A stretch of 61,946 bases of DNA, the filler included, from Choristocarpus tenellus KU-1152 (taxonomy: Eukaryota > Protista > Phaeophyceae), in the NCBI GenBank assembly GCA_964200185.2. It is 7 parts of 7 records of this genome, joined end to end, with 100 filler letters (N's around TTAATTAATTAA, not from the genome) between each part and the next. Parts side by side here need not be neighbours in the genome. Positions count along the whole stretch, not along the records: positions 40,020 to 53,895 come from CAXNAD020001336.1; positions 53,996 to 61,946 come from CAXNAD020005347.1; 5 more parts are not named here. One strand, given 5' to 3'. A model generated the notes under the pieces. It did no database searches. It was not told the origin of the DNA and saw nothing but the letters and a program-made list of their open reading frames with translations. Made by a program: the position numbers and the translations under genes. Of the stretch, positions 50,201-61,946 are shown in pieces (position 1 is the first letter of the stretch; each line of letters opens with the position of its first letter).

Positions 50201-51594
50201 CTACGATACCTTTGCTCTACGATACCTTTGTTCTACGATACCTTTGTTCTGCGATACCTTTGCTCTACGATACCTTTGCTCTACGATACCTTTACTTTAC
50301 GATACCTTTGTTCTACGATACCTTTGCTCGACGATACCTTTGTTCTACGATACCTTTGCTCTACGATACCTTTGCTCTACGATACCTTTGTTCTACGATA
50401 CCTTTGCTCTACGATACCTTTGTTCTACGATACCTTTGCTCTACGATACCTTTGTTCTACGATACCCGTTGTCCGAAATAAAACCTTTTTATTTTATTTT
50501 ATTTTTTGTTGAAATTATTATTCCGTGAGGCAGTCTACTACTTCCATCTTATTTGTTTACTGTTTCACATATTATTGGTTTGTGATATAGATAAGATTAT
50601 AGTTTGGGAATTTTTTTTAAAAGCAGAAAAAAGTGGTAGGTGGAGGAAGTTTGGCTAGAGAAAGGAGAATATGCTCCAAAGAGGAAAGATACGTATCTGT
50701 TGGACTTGCTCATAATGTTCATTGTCCAAAAAACGCCTGGGCCTTTTTTTTTGCTTTGTGACATTTGTTGTCATGGGCAACACTTGGGGCAATTTGATCA
50801 GCAACATCTGTTGTGTGTAATGCCAGAATGTTATGTTGTGTTATGCAAGCATTATGTTGTCTTAGGTGTGAATCCTTTGCTTGACAAGTTTTTGGTTATC
50901 AACCCTATGTATCTATGTAATTGTTCAGAATGGTGTTCGTATCCCCTGTTGATGTATCTTTTTTTGGTACAACATAACACCCCTATATTGGGGAAATAAT
51001 AGGCGTATAGTTTAGTCTGTGTTACAGATGGTATCATACGATACGACTGACTGTACAAGAGAATTTGCAACTTATTTTTGGTTTACCGTGGACAGTCATT
51101 GGTACACATTGTGAGGTTATTTGTTATTTGTTATTTGTTAGTCAAACTAGAGTTTATAGTCTTCGAAAAGCAGAAGTTTTCTGGACTAGTCAATGACTGA
51201 GGCCATGAAAGGTCCTGTTTTGTATCTGTCCCCCTCATACTTCACACACCTCAACCTTACTTGCTGTGTAGTACTCGAACTCTAAATTACCGGAAATTCT
51301 ATAACCTCATTTAAGACCCCCCCTACCCTGAGTTTTGTCCTGTATTACTATTTATATTTATATTTATATTTATATTTTAATATACCCCTGCTGTTTTGTT
51401 TCACACTGCTTTTGTACAGTCCATGTTGGGGAGACTTCTGGCGCAGGCTGTGAATGATGTCTCCTCCCAGGACCTCCATGACAGGGCTTTGTTCTATCAC
51501 CGCTTGTTAAAACACGACCCTGAGGTTGCTAGGAAGGTTATCTGTACAGAAGGGCCAGCCCTTGAGGGTGACTTTGCGGAAGAGCGTGATACTG
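40870..51594 (+). CDS. AP4B1: Beta-adaptin, most similar to AP-4 complex subunit beta; seven internal exons only, both ends missing
   Basis: Exons 40870-41014, 44746-44891, 45409-45634, 46361-46455, 47250-47328, 48131-48253 and 51420-51594 join in frame: YVPENDDEAFGIMNLVDPVLRTSNSGAVLAA...VFERMKQPLLTL...FRQFFTRYNEPTSVKYSKL...ELSEYAADVD..MARQAIRAVGKI...LLRKYP...GKAAVIWMVGEYGEEIVEAPYMLEPLVD...KLFFKRPPEMQSMLGRLL...DLHDRALFYHRLL. This is a HEAT-repeat adaptin trunk; the EAPYxLE and RPPEMQxMLGRLL motifs favour AP-4 beta. Confidence 0.9.
41233..42993 (+). mobile_element. Tc1/mariner transposon (plant-mariner DD39D-like) with intact TIRs and TA flanks but a disrupted transposase; lies in an adaptin intron
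   Basis: TA|CTACCTCTGTGCCATAAGTTTGTGC ... GCACAGACATATGGCACGGAGGTAG|TA. Transposase VVVQQDGAIPR...QPSNSPDLNMMDLCFFRSL, with stops near 42349 and 42688. Confidence 0.88.
43505..43618. repeat. Minisatellite, 19 bp x 6 (TTAATGAGGTTCAGTGATA)
   Basis: Near-perfect head-to-tail copies. Confidence 0.95.
43778..43916. repeat. Minisatellite, about 42 bp x 3.3
   Basis: cacatttatrtagtttgcatatagatgtatagagcttatata repeated. Confidence 0.9.
46226..46350. repeat. 7-bp satellite (AYATGTT)n ending just before the acceptor at 46360
   Basis: atatgtt/acatgtt tandem copies followed by (AT)n. Confidence 0.9.
46891..47245. repeat. Minisatellite, 17 bp x about 21 (ATCAATATGYTYGATAC), abutting a splice acceptor
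   Basis: Head-to-tail copies without spacers; the last copy runs into ...ttgatcaag|G at the exon start 47250. Confidence 0.95.
50130..50466. repeat. Minisatellite, 16 bp x about 21 (CTTTGYTCTACGATAC)
   Basis: Head-to-tail copies; explains the three overlapping repetitive + strand ORFs at 50071-50528. Confidence 0.95.
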
Positions 51595-52581
51595 GTGAGA
51601 TTTTGGTACAGAGTTGATTTTTTGTTTTCATGTTTTTTTTAGCTGCAAAGATGACGTAATAGACAAAGCAAGTTTTGATACCCTAAAACCACTTTCCATA
51701 GACTTTGGAGTTGTTTGTCTAGGGTCGTGCTTCTTTTTTTCTGGTTGGTGTTAAGGTGGCTAAATTTTGATGATTGTGAACAAAAAAACCCCTTGTATCG
51801 TTCACCCTCAAATGCGCCAGGGGACTGAATAGATAGTTTTTACTTCCATATTTTTTGTTAAAAAAATATAACCTCGTAAGGGCGCATGTTCTTGACATGT
51901 CATTGAGTTTTTGAATTGTTCTCCACGCTTTGATGAAGTAATATTTGCCTCTCCCTACCCGGGTAGTGCCTCCGGCTCTGTAAGAAGTGGCATTCCTTCA
52001 AAACGTCTCATGGAGTGCCACTTTTCCCTTGCCCTCGTGGTAGGTATATTGTGCTATTATCGTTATTATTATTTTATTGGTTACTATTATCATAGATTGA
52101 GGATGAAACTGCTGACTGTTTTGTGGGTTTGCCTTATGTTTGCCTTATGTTTGCCTTATTCTATCAGAGTGGCTCCTCGATGTGATTACTATATACTCTA
52201 GGTAAATCATTATACGTTGTTTTGTAGCATTGGGAATTGCCGATTCTTGACCATTTTTCATTATGCGACATGACCACCTCCCCCACCCCCATGCCCTTTG
52301 ATGCTGCACAGCGCCTTTGTGTGTGATTTCTAAAGGTCTTGACACTTTTTGCTATTAACTGTATGAACAACTATTTCATAGCATGTCAGATAGGGTTTTT
52401 GTTTCATGGTCTGAAGAATATGATTAGCTGTACTTTGATGGACCCTGTTCATGTGACACACACACACACAAACTCGTTAAACATCTACACTACTATGCAT
52501 TTATGCAGCTCTTGCAACAGCAGACCACACATATATGTAGTTTTGAGAATCAGAAGGTTTGGCGAGTATAAATTAGATCTG

Positions 52582-52707
52582 TGAAGTGTAAAAGTAGTCA
52601 ATGTGCTTTGTTTGAACCATAACTTGTGCATAGTGTGTGAATTGAAGTGTAAAAGTAGTCAATGTGCTTTGTTTGAACCATAACTTATGCATAGTGTGTG
52701 AATTGAG
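52582..52707. repeat. Tandem duplication of about 62 bp
   Basis: tgaagtgtaaaagtagtcaatgtgctttgtttgaaccataacttrtgcatagtgtgtgaat occurs twice. Confidence 0.9.
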
Positions 52708-53995
52708 GTGTGGAGAGTGCTGAGTGCCCAAGACTCTGGGAGCAGTGCACGCAACTTGAAGGCGTTTGAGAAGATAACGACATTGAAAAAAATACCCTTC
52801 TATTTTTGATGTTGATTATCTTCGCTACGATTAGATCAGTCACTCTGATTCACAACAAAACAAAGATGTTCTGCTGATCGATTACTTGTGAAATCCAAAT
52901 CAAGTGAGTCGCATGGCATGTGAACCTGGCATGTGGATCCCTTCTGTTAGATCCATGAATAGGGCGTAACCACATTAGTGTGTACCTTCTTGGCCTCCCC
53001 CCTCCCCCCGCCATTATAGAGTGTTAATTTAGTTGCTCCTATCATGCGGTGGCAAAGAATCAGGGACATAAGGCTGTATATTGTTGTTATATTTATGGAG
53101 CAGAGTATAGCCTTTTAAATATATCTCGTGAAGACCTCCTTTAGGGTGTGGGATAGAGCGCCATTTGTACTAAAAATGCAATTATGAGTAGCTCCAAACG
53201 AAGTCACCATGACTGGATAGCATTGTTGTTGTTTCATGAATTACCCAATAATGAGCTGCATGGTTTTGTTGGACACCTAAAGAGATAAAAGGGAAGGGGG
53301 GCTGTATGACATTATACCTCTACTCACAGAAGGGAAAGGACTTGCCTTCATTGGACCTTCCAGTGTGTGGAAATCGGTGATGGGAGCTACAGAATCTACT
53401 CTGTAGCTCCCATCACCGTATTGGTCTTTGTCCTTCAGATGAACATGTGGTGAAGATGCTTCTTGTTTGCTCTCCCTCCTGTCAGGGGTCTCCCTCGCAG
53501 CATCTTGTTTGCTTGGTCCCTGCACCTAACGTGGCAATCATTTCTATTCACTTTCATCTACAGCGTTCCATCTGTCTACACAATTACATGTGCTCAGACA
53601 AGTGTGTTTCAAGTATCCTGTTGAGTACACCTGGTCCTTACTTGCAACAACTGTAATGGGCTGTTGCTGACCTTCTGTGACCAGGATGGGGTACTGCTGG
53701 CCTCTCACATGCACAAAGCTGTGTTTAGGTAACAGGGGGGGGGGGGCTGTGTCAGGTGGAAAAGAGGAGGAGAAGCTCCTCCATCAGGTAGTATCCACTC
53801 TGTTTCTCACCTGCAAGAGGAAAGGCCCAGTGTGGGTGTGGGTGTGGGTGCGTCCTGGGTAAACCAAGGCATTGGGGCTGTGCTGGGGGAAGATGNNNNN
53901 NNNNNNNNNNNNNNNNNNNNNNNNNNNNNNNNNNNNNNNTTAATTAATTAANNNNNNNNNNNNNNNNNNNNNNNNNNNNNNNNNNNNNNNNNNNN

Positions 53996-56500
53996 CTCTC
54001 ATCTCTTGCCCCCACCCCCCCCCTTACAAACCAATGCACTGCAGACTTGGTGTCTCATCTTCTTAGTACTTGATCCTCATTTAACTTTTCCCTATCTTCA
54101 ATACCCCCACCCCTGCATTCCATACCTTCCCCAACCATTCTAGCACGATGATTGGTATGCTCTCCCCCTCTCTTTTAATCCCCCATTGATATTCTTCTTG
54201 ACGCACTCTGTAATCTCTGACCACCTTCATGGGCTGTCATAATTGGCACCACTATCATTCCCCTGAGAATCTAATCCCTGGTCTATGTCTATCTCCCCCG
54301 AACCCCTCCCCCTTCCCGCTAGTCTACCCAAGCAGCCCCCGTCCTGGCGTACTCCCACCAGGTAGGCCAGCCGCCAAAATAAAAACCTAAAGGACCATTA
54401 ACCCACCTTGATCTCCTATATAGATTTGCCGTAAATATTCATATGCCCAAGCCATACAGTTTCTGGTGAACTCTCCTTGGGGTATGGTATATTACGCCTG
54501 CATGAAGTCCATTAAAGATAATTTTGGATTCTATCACTTACGGCTATTGCTCCTCACACTTGGTGCCCTAATCCTTGGCTACCCACACCTTCCTTGTATT
54601 TCTGACACTGAACTCTTGGTTTGGGATGGGATCTGTAACACTGGATGCTTTGATGGGCTTCAGCTGGTTTTTATTAATAGTTTAATAAGTCTCTCTTCTC
54701 TTCCCCCCCCCCCCTTCTATATGTTCTTTAACTTCTCTTACCTTAGAAGGCTGTTGGGGATCCCCCCCCTCCAATGTCTGTGACATACCTGTATTCTTGA
54801 GACCACATTTCCCAACCCTATTTAGGGCTCAACCCATTGCTCAAATGTTGTCCCTGCACCCTCCTCCACCTTGCCTTGCAAAATGTGGTAGACTAGTCTG
54901 AATGGGTTCCGTAAGGACTCGAGCATGTAACATACATGTCTTAGTCTAAAACATTCTTAGTACCCCAATTCTTGGCTACCCAAACATTCCGTATATCTTT
55001 GACATTAGACTCCCCATTTACTTTCTTTTATTTTATTTATGTTTTTTTGTACAGTTTGAGATGGAATCCGTAACACTGAATGCTTTGACACCATTTCCCC
55101 TGGTTTTATTACAAGTTTCATAGGTCCACCCCCCTCCTCTTTTTCTCTATGTTCTTGGACTTCTCTTACCTTGGAAGGGTTGTTGGGGATTATCACCTCC
55201 CTCCACTGTCTATGCCATACCTATATTCTCAAGTCCACCTTCCTAACCCTAGTCAAGGATCAACCCATTGCTTCAACAATGATAATGTACCCTCCTCACC
55301 ATTGTCATGCGTAATCTGGTAGAGGCTAATCTGGATGAATCCCGTAAGGACTCAATCGTGTATTGTGCATGTATTAGTCTAGAACAGTCTTAGATGCCAG
55401 TGGGTGGACTAGGATGTGGGACATTCATCGCTACATTAGGTACTTACGATCAACAAGGTACACACTTTTCTGATATAGTTCAGGGCTCATGTAAGCAATA
55501 CGCATCTTCCTAAACACATTTTTTTTAAATTAATAATGAGAGACCTGCCGCCTATTCATATATCTTCCTTTCAATTGAACACATCCATTTCCACTCCTTA
55601 CACAACTTGAATTGTTGGAGACATTCATGCCCTACCATCATATCTGCTTCTTTTTTGTGTATGTGTATGACCTGAATCTCTCCCCCCCCACCCCTTTTAT
55701 TGATTTGAACTGATTATCCCACTCATAGGCCATATATCCCCCCCCCTTTTTTTCACTGTGGTGATTTTGTAAATGATTGTAGAATTTGATCCCCACGAAT
55801 CTTCCTTAGGGTTAGCCCTCAAATGTCTACCATTGTAAGCAGCAGCCCTTTATCCATAAGGTCATCTCATATGTTTATGCAGGGTGGTTTCTCCACTAAT
55901 GTGACCTTACTTTCTCTCCCCCCCCCCTTTTATTGAATTGAACTAATTATCCCACTATTAGGCACTGTCCCTTCTTAATCACTTTCTTTCACTGTGGTGC
56001 TTTGTTAATTATTGTAGAAACGATACCTACGAAACTCCCTTGGGTTAGCCCTCAAGTGCCTACCCTTGTGAGCAGTAGCCCTTTATTCACAAGGTCTTCT
56101 CAAATTTTTTTACAGGGTTGTGCAGGAGCTACGATTAATCATTCCCCTCCCCTCCTCTTTATATTGGTGTACTCTTCTTTACCTCCATATTTTCCAATAT
56201 GATGCTACCCAATCCCTTCTAACTATCACATCTCGTTTTTAATCATCTCTCTGACTGTACGTCTACTCCTAATCCCCAATACTTACTTTCGTGGCATTCA
56301 CTCCAGTTCAAAAATCCACCTACCACCTGTCCTCATTCATTACTTTGAAATTATCTCTACCTACTTTCGTAGTGGTCACTCCACCTAAGAAAATATCCCA
56401 ACTACCATGTCCCTCATTCAATATTCCTATCTATACAGGTTTTCTACTTTGTTTTATTTCTGGTACCGCGTCCTCTCCCAACTTGTAGCTATGCTACATA
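53996..56500 (-). mobile_element. Decayed non-LTR retrotransposon (LINE) RT region with internal tandem duplications
   Basis: Minus strand LMDFMQA*YTI (DFxKAYD-like, about 54490-54515) and LVGVRQDG (GVRQG-like, about 54340-54362). Duplicated blocks at about 54570-54960/54970-55395 and 55670-55900/55910-56120. Confidence 0.55.
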
Positions 56501-56882
56501 ATATATACATGACTACTCATATTGACATAACTGTTGATTCACAGGGTAGCTATGCCTAATGAAAAGTTTCATTACTAGCCTCGCACCTTCAGCGCGTGAC
56601 CCTTGTCTGGGGTGGTCCCCCCTACATCATCCTTCAATGCGCCCACGCTGTTCTATTTCTCTTGCCATATGGGTTGGGTTGACCCATATTGGCAGTGGAA
56701 AACAACCCACGTACTCTATCGCCAATCGATATAGACCTGATATCTGCCCCAGCTCTGCGTTTCAAGTCATACCTAAACTGTACTTTACCAGATTGTCGCA
56801 GGTACACTACCTCTACCCTGAGCTATTATCTTTTCTCTTGTTGTCGCGAACTCCATGGGATAAAGATGTTTGTGACATAAAT

Positions 56883-57140
56883 GAGCCATAGTATCTTAGA
56901 GGGAAGAGCCGTGTCCATTTGGGGGTCAAAATCTAATGTTCGATTTTGATGTAATATTTGGTATTGTGTTAGTTAGGAAGTGTCAATATCCACGTTCTGG
57001 ACACACCTTTTCAATACGTATACAATTTACCTACTCCGAAACATTTTGGAGTAGGAAAATGTCATTAAAAACCCCACGGGAAGCCAAGTCCCAAATGGAC
57101 AAACAGGGCAAAACTCGTACCCTCTAAGATACTTTCACTC
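56883..57140 (-). mobile_element. MITE family B, complete copy
   Basis: gagccatagtatcttagaggg ... gtaccctctaagatactttcactc, with flanks AAAT/AAAC (near 4-bp TSD). Confidence 0.88.
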
Positions 57141-60100
57141 AAACAGTGCACTCTACTATTCATCCCCACCTACCCTTTACAATGTCACTCTGGCAGGGCC
57201 TTCAACCCTTTTCCGTCCTGCTGTGTGTACTAACCTATAAAATATTAATGTTTGTAACCTGCAGTATTAACATGTACTCCCACCTCTGCCCAAACAATTA
57301 CCGTCAGAATCGGCCCGATTCGTCATTTACGCGTTTATCCTGTTTCACTCCGCCATAACATTGATAACATCGTGGTCAGTCCTTCGTAATTTCTTCTTCT
57401 ATGGATTTCCCCGGGTACCCCTTACCTTGTGTCTGAATCTCTGACTTACTACACATGTCCCATTCCTGCCAAACAATTATCTACGATGTTTTTCATCGTC
57501 ACGGTCATCGCCCCCCTTACCTTGTGAGCTCTTCCCTGACATTTGTATATCTTGTTCTCAAGCATCCCTACCTTTTCCAGAGGGCCTTTCCCTCTTTCAA
57601 CTGTAGGGAAGATTGCTCGGGTTCTTCCTTGATCCACTCCGACGAAAGCTTACTCGGGGGTCCTCTTGATCTAGCCCTCCTCGTCTTGTCACCCCAGCCT
57701 CAAGTTTCCTCTTCGATTCAATACTGTTCGTTCCTTCTCCCCCTCTGCCTTTGTCTGCTATCTATTTTCTTAACTACTCAATCTTTAACTCTTCGTTACC
57801 TCCTTGATAATTTTATTTCTTTCCTTTCCTTGCCTTGTGCCCCCAACCAACCAGAATTCCTCCGCAAAACTCAGATTACTTAATATACCTTCCCATTTGA
57901 GAAAACATCTCTGAATTCTCGACTTGATCCTCAACAATATTATCGAGTCCTAACTCATGTTTGTAGGAAAAGAAAATACTTGACAGCGTCCATTCAGGTC
58001 CGGTATATTTTCTGTTGAATCTGCATCATCTTGGCATCTTGATTATGAGGGCAAACACTCTCTATCTTTAAAGCCGATGCAATCAGACCAATTGATCTGG
58101 CCGTGGTCTTGGAAAGAAAGCCCACATGATCATAATTTGCAATACTCACGATCTTATCATTTAGTTGATGAACCATTCCATTATTCTATATAGTAGAACA
58201 ATTCCACTATTGAAACAATGCCAACCCTCCCTTTCAAATTTGAGAAGCACTCCACGTTCAATGCCAGTTCAATTTCCAATGTATGCATGTACCTATAAAA
58301 ATATATCACATGCTTCTTCCCTAGGTCCTCGCCTAGGGTGTAGGGCTGAGCTAAGTTGGAGGGATAGGAGGAGGGCATTGTTGGTAGTAAAATATAGTAA
58401 ATAGATGATAGAAAAATGTCGTTCAAATTTACGAGAAACTGTTGCTTTTTCAGAGGTTGTTCTGATATATTTATTTGGCTTTTCATTGGTTTTTCCCTGA
58501 CATATCTCCAAAATGTCAGAGGGCTAAGAGTAATAATATGTATGACATCAACAAAAAAAAAATCAGAGAAAAATGAAAGAGATCCAAGAAAATAAAGGAC
58601 GCATTGAAGTATGACGTAAGGCACCTTGTAACCGAAAATGTCAACTATAATTGAAAATAATGTAAAAACTAGACCCTCATAATACCGAGAATATACACAC
58701 ACAAACATATTATGGTTACACTGTTTATTTTGATGTCTTTTGGGGTAGAATTTGTCTTAAGGTTAGGATTATATATTTATCTTATTATTATGAATATAAT
58801 GTATGGAGTCTTCATATTATTACTAACTACATCAGTTGGGTTGTGTTGGAACCATTTCATTTGGTTGTTCAATATTAGAACATCCGCTGGTTAACAGGTG
58901 CCCCAACTTCAATTGTTAACGAACATTCTGCTCATTTCGACGCAGCCTACATTATTATAAGTGGACAAAATAGTATCATACTCCCATGATATTTTCTATT
59001 TTTTGTATAATAGACAACAAAATGTGTCTACCCCACCTTTTTTTGACCCAAAATTTGTTTTTTTTTATGATCTTCAGTATTACTCTACACTACCGAAACC
59101 TCAGTCTTTCTAGGATATCTACTGCATTGGAAAAACCAATATCCCGGCCTTCCACAGGTAGGTGTACTTCTCATCGGAACGGGGTCCTAGTGGTTATAGG
59201 TGGAGTTTAGAAGTTGAGATGTCTGTATGAAGGTTGTTAAATTGGGCATGGTATAATCTCCACATCATGATATCCAATGAAGCAGCGCATGCTCCACATG
59301 GTACCTAGGAACCTCGGTATCTGGGGGGTACATGTGGGGTTTGATACTATTCAGAAATGTTCACGAGATTTGTGTGATCCCCTCACAGATATCACAACTT
59401 ACTCAAGTTCTGAGGACTTACAGCCAATGTGGATTATGGTGAAGCTAAGGCCCACCATCGCAATCTATCGACTTGAAGTAGGATAATGGAAAGACCAGAA
59501 CCCTCACATTCCTAAAGGTATACCTTTTCTCTTCAGAGGATCCTAGGGGACACACAGCCTAGATTTGGAGAGATCAATTTGAGGATTGACCTACTCTGGG
59601 TTGGGAACTCTCTTGACTTGATGATGTCCAATGAAGTAACGAATTTCATTGACTCTATATTGGGTCTAATCCTAGGAGGGGTTAGGCATCCATTCGGGTC
59701 CTGTGTGGTCATGTAGTGATCTTCATGTCATCTGAGTGAACGTGTCAGATTTAAGGCCAATTTTCTCCGTCTAAATACTCCTTCCTTTTCCACCCCCGTG
59801 CCTGGATCAAATCCGAAAAAAATTCCACTCAAAACGGGCATCAACTTAGGGTGTCTTTCAACTCCCCATCAAGGCCTTAGTGGACAACCTCATATAAACA
59901 CACACCCCACCTCTAGGTGACTAAGGGCTTGAATTGTGGTGTCATCTTGTGAGTGGAAAAGGGAAACATCAATTTTGCAGACACCTTTGCGCACATCAAG
60001 CGATATCATAGAGTGTATCTATTGCACAGGGTAAAAATGATGTATTTGAAGAAAAGGGACGACGTATGTCTACCACTTATCTTTTTTGGTTGTTGAGTAC

Positions 60101-61946
60101 AGTTGTGGTTATATGTTCGATGAAAAGGATATTATTCTCTTTGCGTCACCTTATTCCTTGATCGCAAACAGATGTAGTAAATAACTTCAGAATATGACTG
60201 TGTTTGCTCTTCATGCGCAATATACGTGGGTTGAGAACCCATGAAGACGAGAGAAAGCAGAAGAAAATGAGGTACGACCTGAGTCTCCTGTTGAAACCTG
60301 AATCGAATGCATCTTACATATAACAAAATGCATAGACTACTAGCGATGAGGAATCATGGTGTTGTAAGGCATCAATGAGTGATATGTGTAGTCTGTGTTA
60401 TGAATAGATGTGATTGTGTTGCAAAGCACTCATGTCATTATTTTGTTGTAACTGAGGTCTTTGATCTCTCAGTCAAGAATGATGTGATGTGAATCCAGTG
60501 TTCTTTCATGAAATACTCAACGAATGAAGTCCATGCTCTGTGGAGAGGCTTGTTACCTTGGCTGGCAAGGGCTTTCGTGGATAGTTTTAACTCTGATCAT
60601 ATTGCATCCAGTTGTGCAGCTGGTAAAAGTGTTGCAGAGTGAGCTTGGTGCATGGTGAGAGATCAATGGCAGCCACGAAAGAAATAATAATCAACAATCA
60701 ACGTACAACTGTCATCTTATGCTGATAAGAAGAAAGAGCAAAGAAAAAAAAAGAGAACAGAACAAACTTTAACCAATATGTGATGCAACTCAAGTGAAGC
60801 ATACTATTCCTGCGTGTGGAACGCAGAGTGACTGTTATATACTACGGTGTTATGATGGTAATTGATGTGGTGATGATGAACTTGTGACAGTAACGTCCAG
60901 AGCGTAACAGACCAATCAACAGTCAGTGTTGACCGGAGCAACTATATCATAGAGCAAACAGATGAGTAGCCTATGTTTTAACATCTCCCATCCTCTCTTG
61001 TTTATAATACTTAATCTAGTTGAACAAAATCCAAGTATTTCCTTGCTAACCATCTGACATCTGTCGACCAACAGCAATGTATGTGGGAACAGTAAAAAAT
61101 GAGTAGTTCATACCACAGTAATTATCTTGAATTAAAGCATAGTCAAACCTAGACTTGCAGTCAGGGTGTCAGATTTCTTCTCTTCAACGAGGGAGATAAA
61201 CACCAATTTTCATAAAATCATAATACAATCACCTGTAGTCCACAAAGGAGCATTGGACACATACAGGTTGAACTGTATACCCTAATATACAGATAGATGC
61301 TCAATGCTCCAACACTTGTCATATCTCCCGTTTAAAATATCTGCTTGAAGTTCGAAATCCACACAAAAACTCCAAATTCATACAAAAACACCCAGCCTAA
61401 TTGAACAAAAACACAACTTGCTTGAGCCAGCCCATGCCACATTCCTGGGAAAGGTATTTTAAAGGCTGAGCCCTGGTCCTATTAATCGTATCTATACTTT
61501 GACTCAGCTCACAACCGGCCTCCATTTGTATCCCTGAGGCCCCTGATCCGGCCCTGTCAGAAAACGTTCTTACAAAGTCAGCTTGCAACCCTCCCTATTG
61601 CAGTTACTTGGTTTGATGAAAGGTCCTGCAAAAACCTCAACCTCCACTATTATGGCGTTAGCAGGCGCTACTACAACAGCAACTCTGTTTCCAAAAATAC
61701 ATGTTTCTATGCACAGCACCTAATCAATGCTTCTTGTAAATGAAACAAGTTTCCTGACCCAATGCACCACCCAGAGGCATTCTTCAGATATACCCTTCAT
61801 CGTTTTGATACAGGATAGAGGAGCAGATATCACTCTCTGACCCTGTGGATGGAGTGCTTTGGGGGTTGAGCTCAGAATATAGAATCATTGCCACTTTCTC
61901 CTCCCTTCCGACCTGTACAATTGTGGAAGACCTAATGTATCTGGGG

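Noticed and set aside
50071-50528. Three overlapping repetitive ORFs (LRYLCSTIPLLYDTF...)
   Set aside because: By-product of a stop-free 16-bp repeat inside an adaptin intron.
59100-59950. Possible Gypsy RT/RNase H relic on the minus strand
   Set aside because: Motifs too eroded to call by eye.
51595-61946. Further beta-adaptin exons
   Set aside because: No segment with the expected continuation (e.g. FNTLS-like) was found; the remaining exons probably lie in the gap or outside the window.

Overview
Eukaryotic, intron-rich and transposon-dense genomic DNA. A stramenopile/brown-alga-like origin is inferred from gene structure and transposon content; it is not proven. Seven contig pieces are joined by six artificial 100-bp spacers (44 N + TTAATTAATTAA + 44 N). 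Three host genes can be rebuilt by hand from phase-consistent exons, all on the + strand: (1) a small ZNF706/At2g23090-like C2H2 zinc-finger protein (5634 to >8246); (2) a 10-exon ELAV/Hu-family RNA-binding protein of about 491 aa with only two RRMs and a long G/Q/A/M/P-rich tail (15571-20607); (3) seven internal exons of a beta-adaptin most similar to AP-4 beta (40870-51594), including one GC-AG intron. The rest is mostly nested or decayed transposable elements: a DIRS/Ngaro-type retroelement, solo LTRs with 4-bp TSDs, Gypsy and Copia remnants, LINE remnants, a TIR-intact mariner with DD40D spacing, and a Tc1/IS630 fragment. Two abundant, related MITE families share an AAAGTATCT TIR core and 4-bp TSDs (Sola-like). 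A short hairpin-plus-(AAT)n retroposon end recurs seven times, and several minisatellites lie in the adaptin introns, some directly against splice acceptors. No CRISPR array, rRNA or intact tRNA was found, and nothing here is proven to be a wholly new system. The best candidates for novelty are the paired MITE system, the IR-bounded spliced element at 3864-5483, the two-RRM ELAV gene and the unidentified spliced gene at 28.5-29.7 kb.
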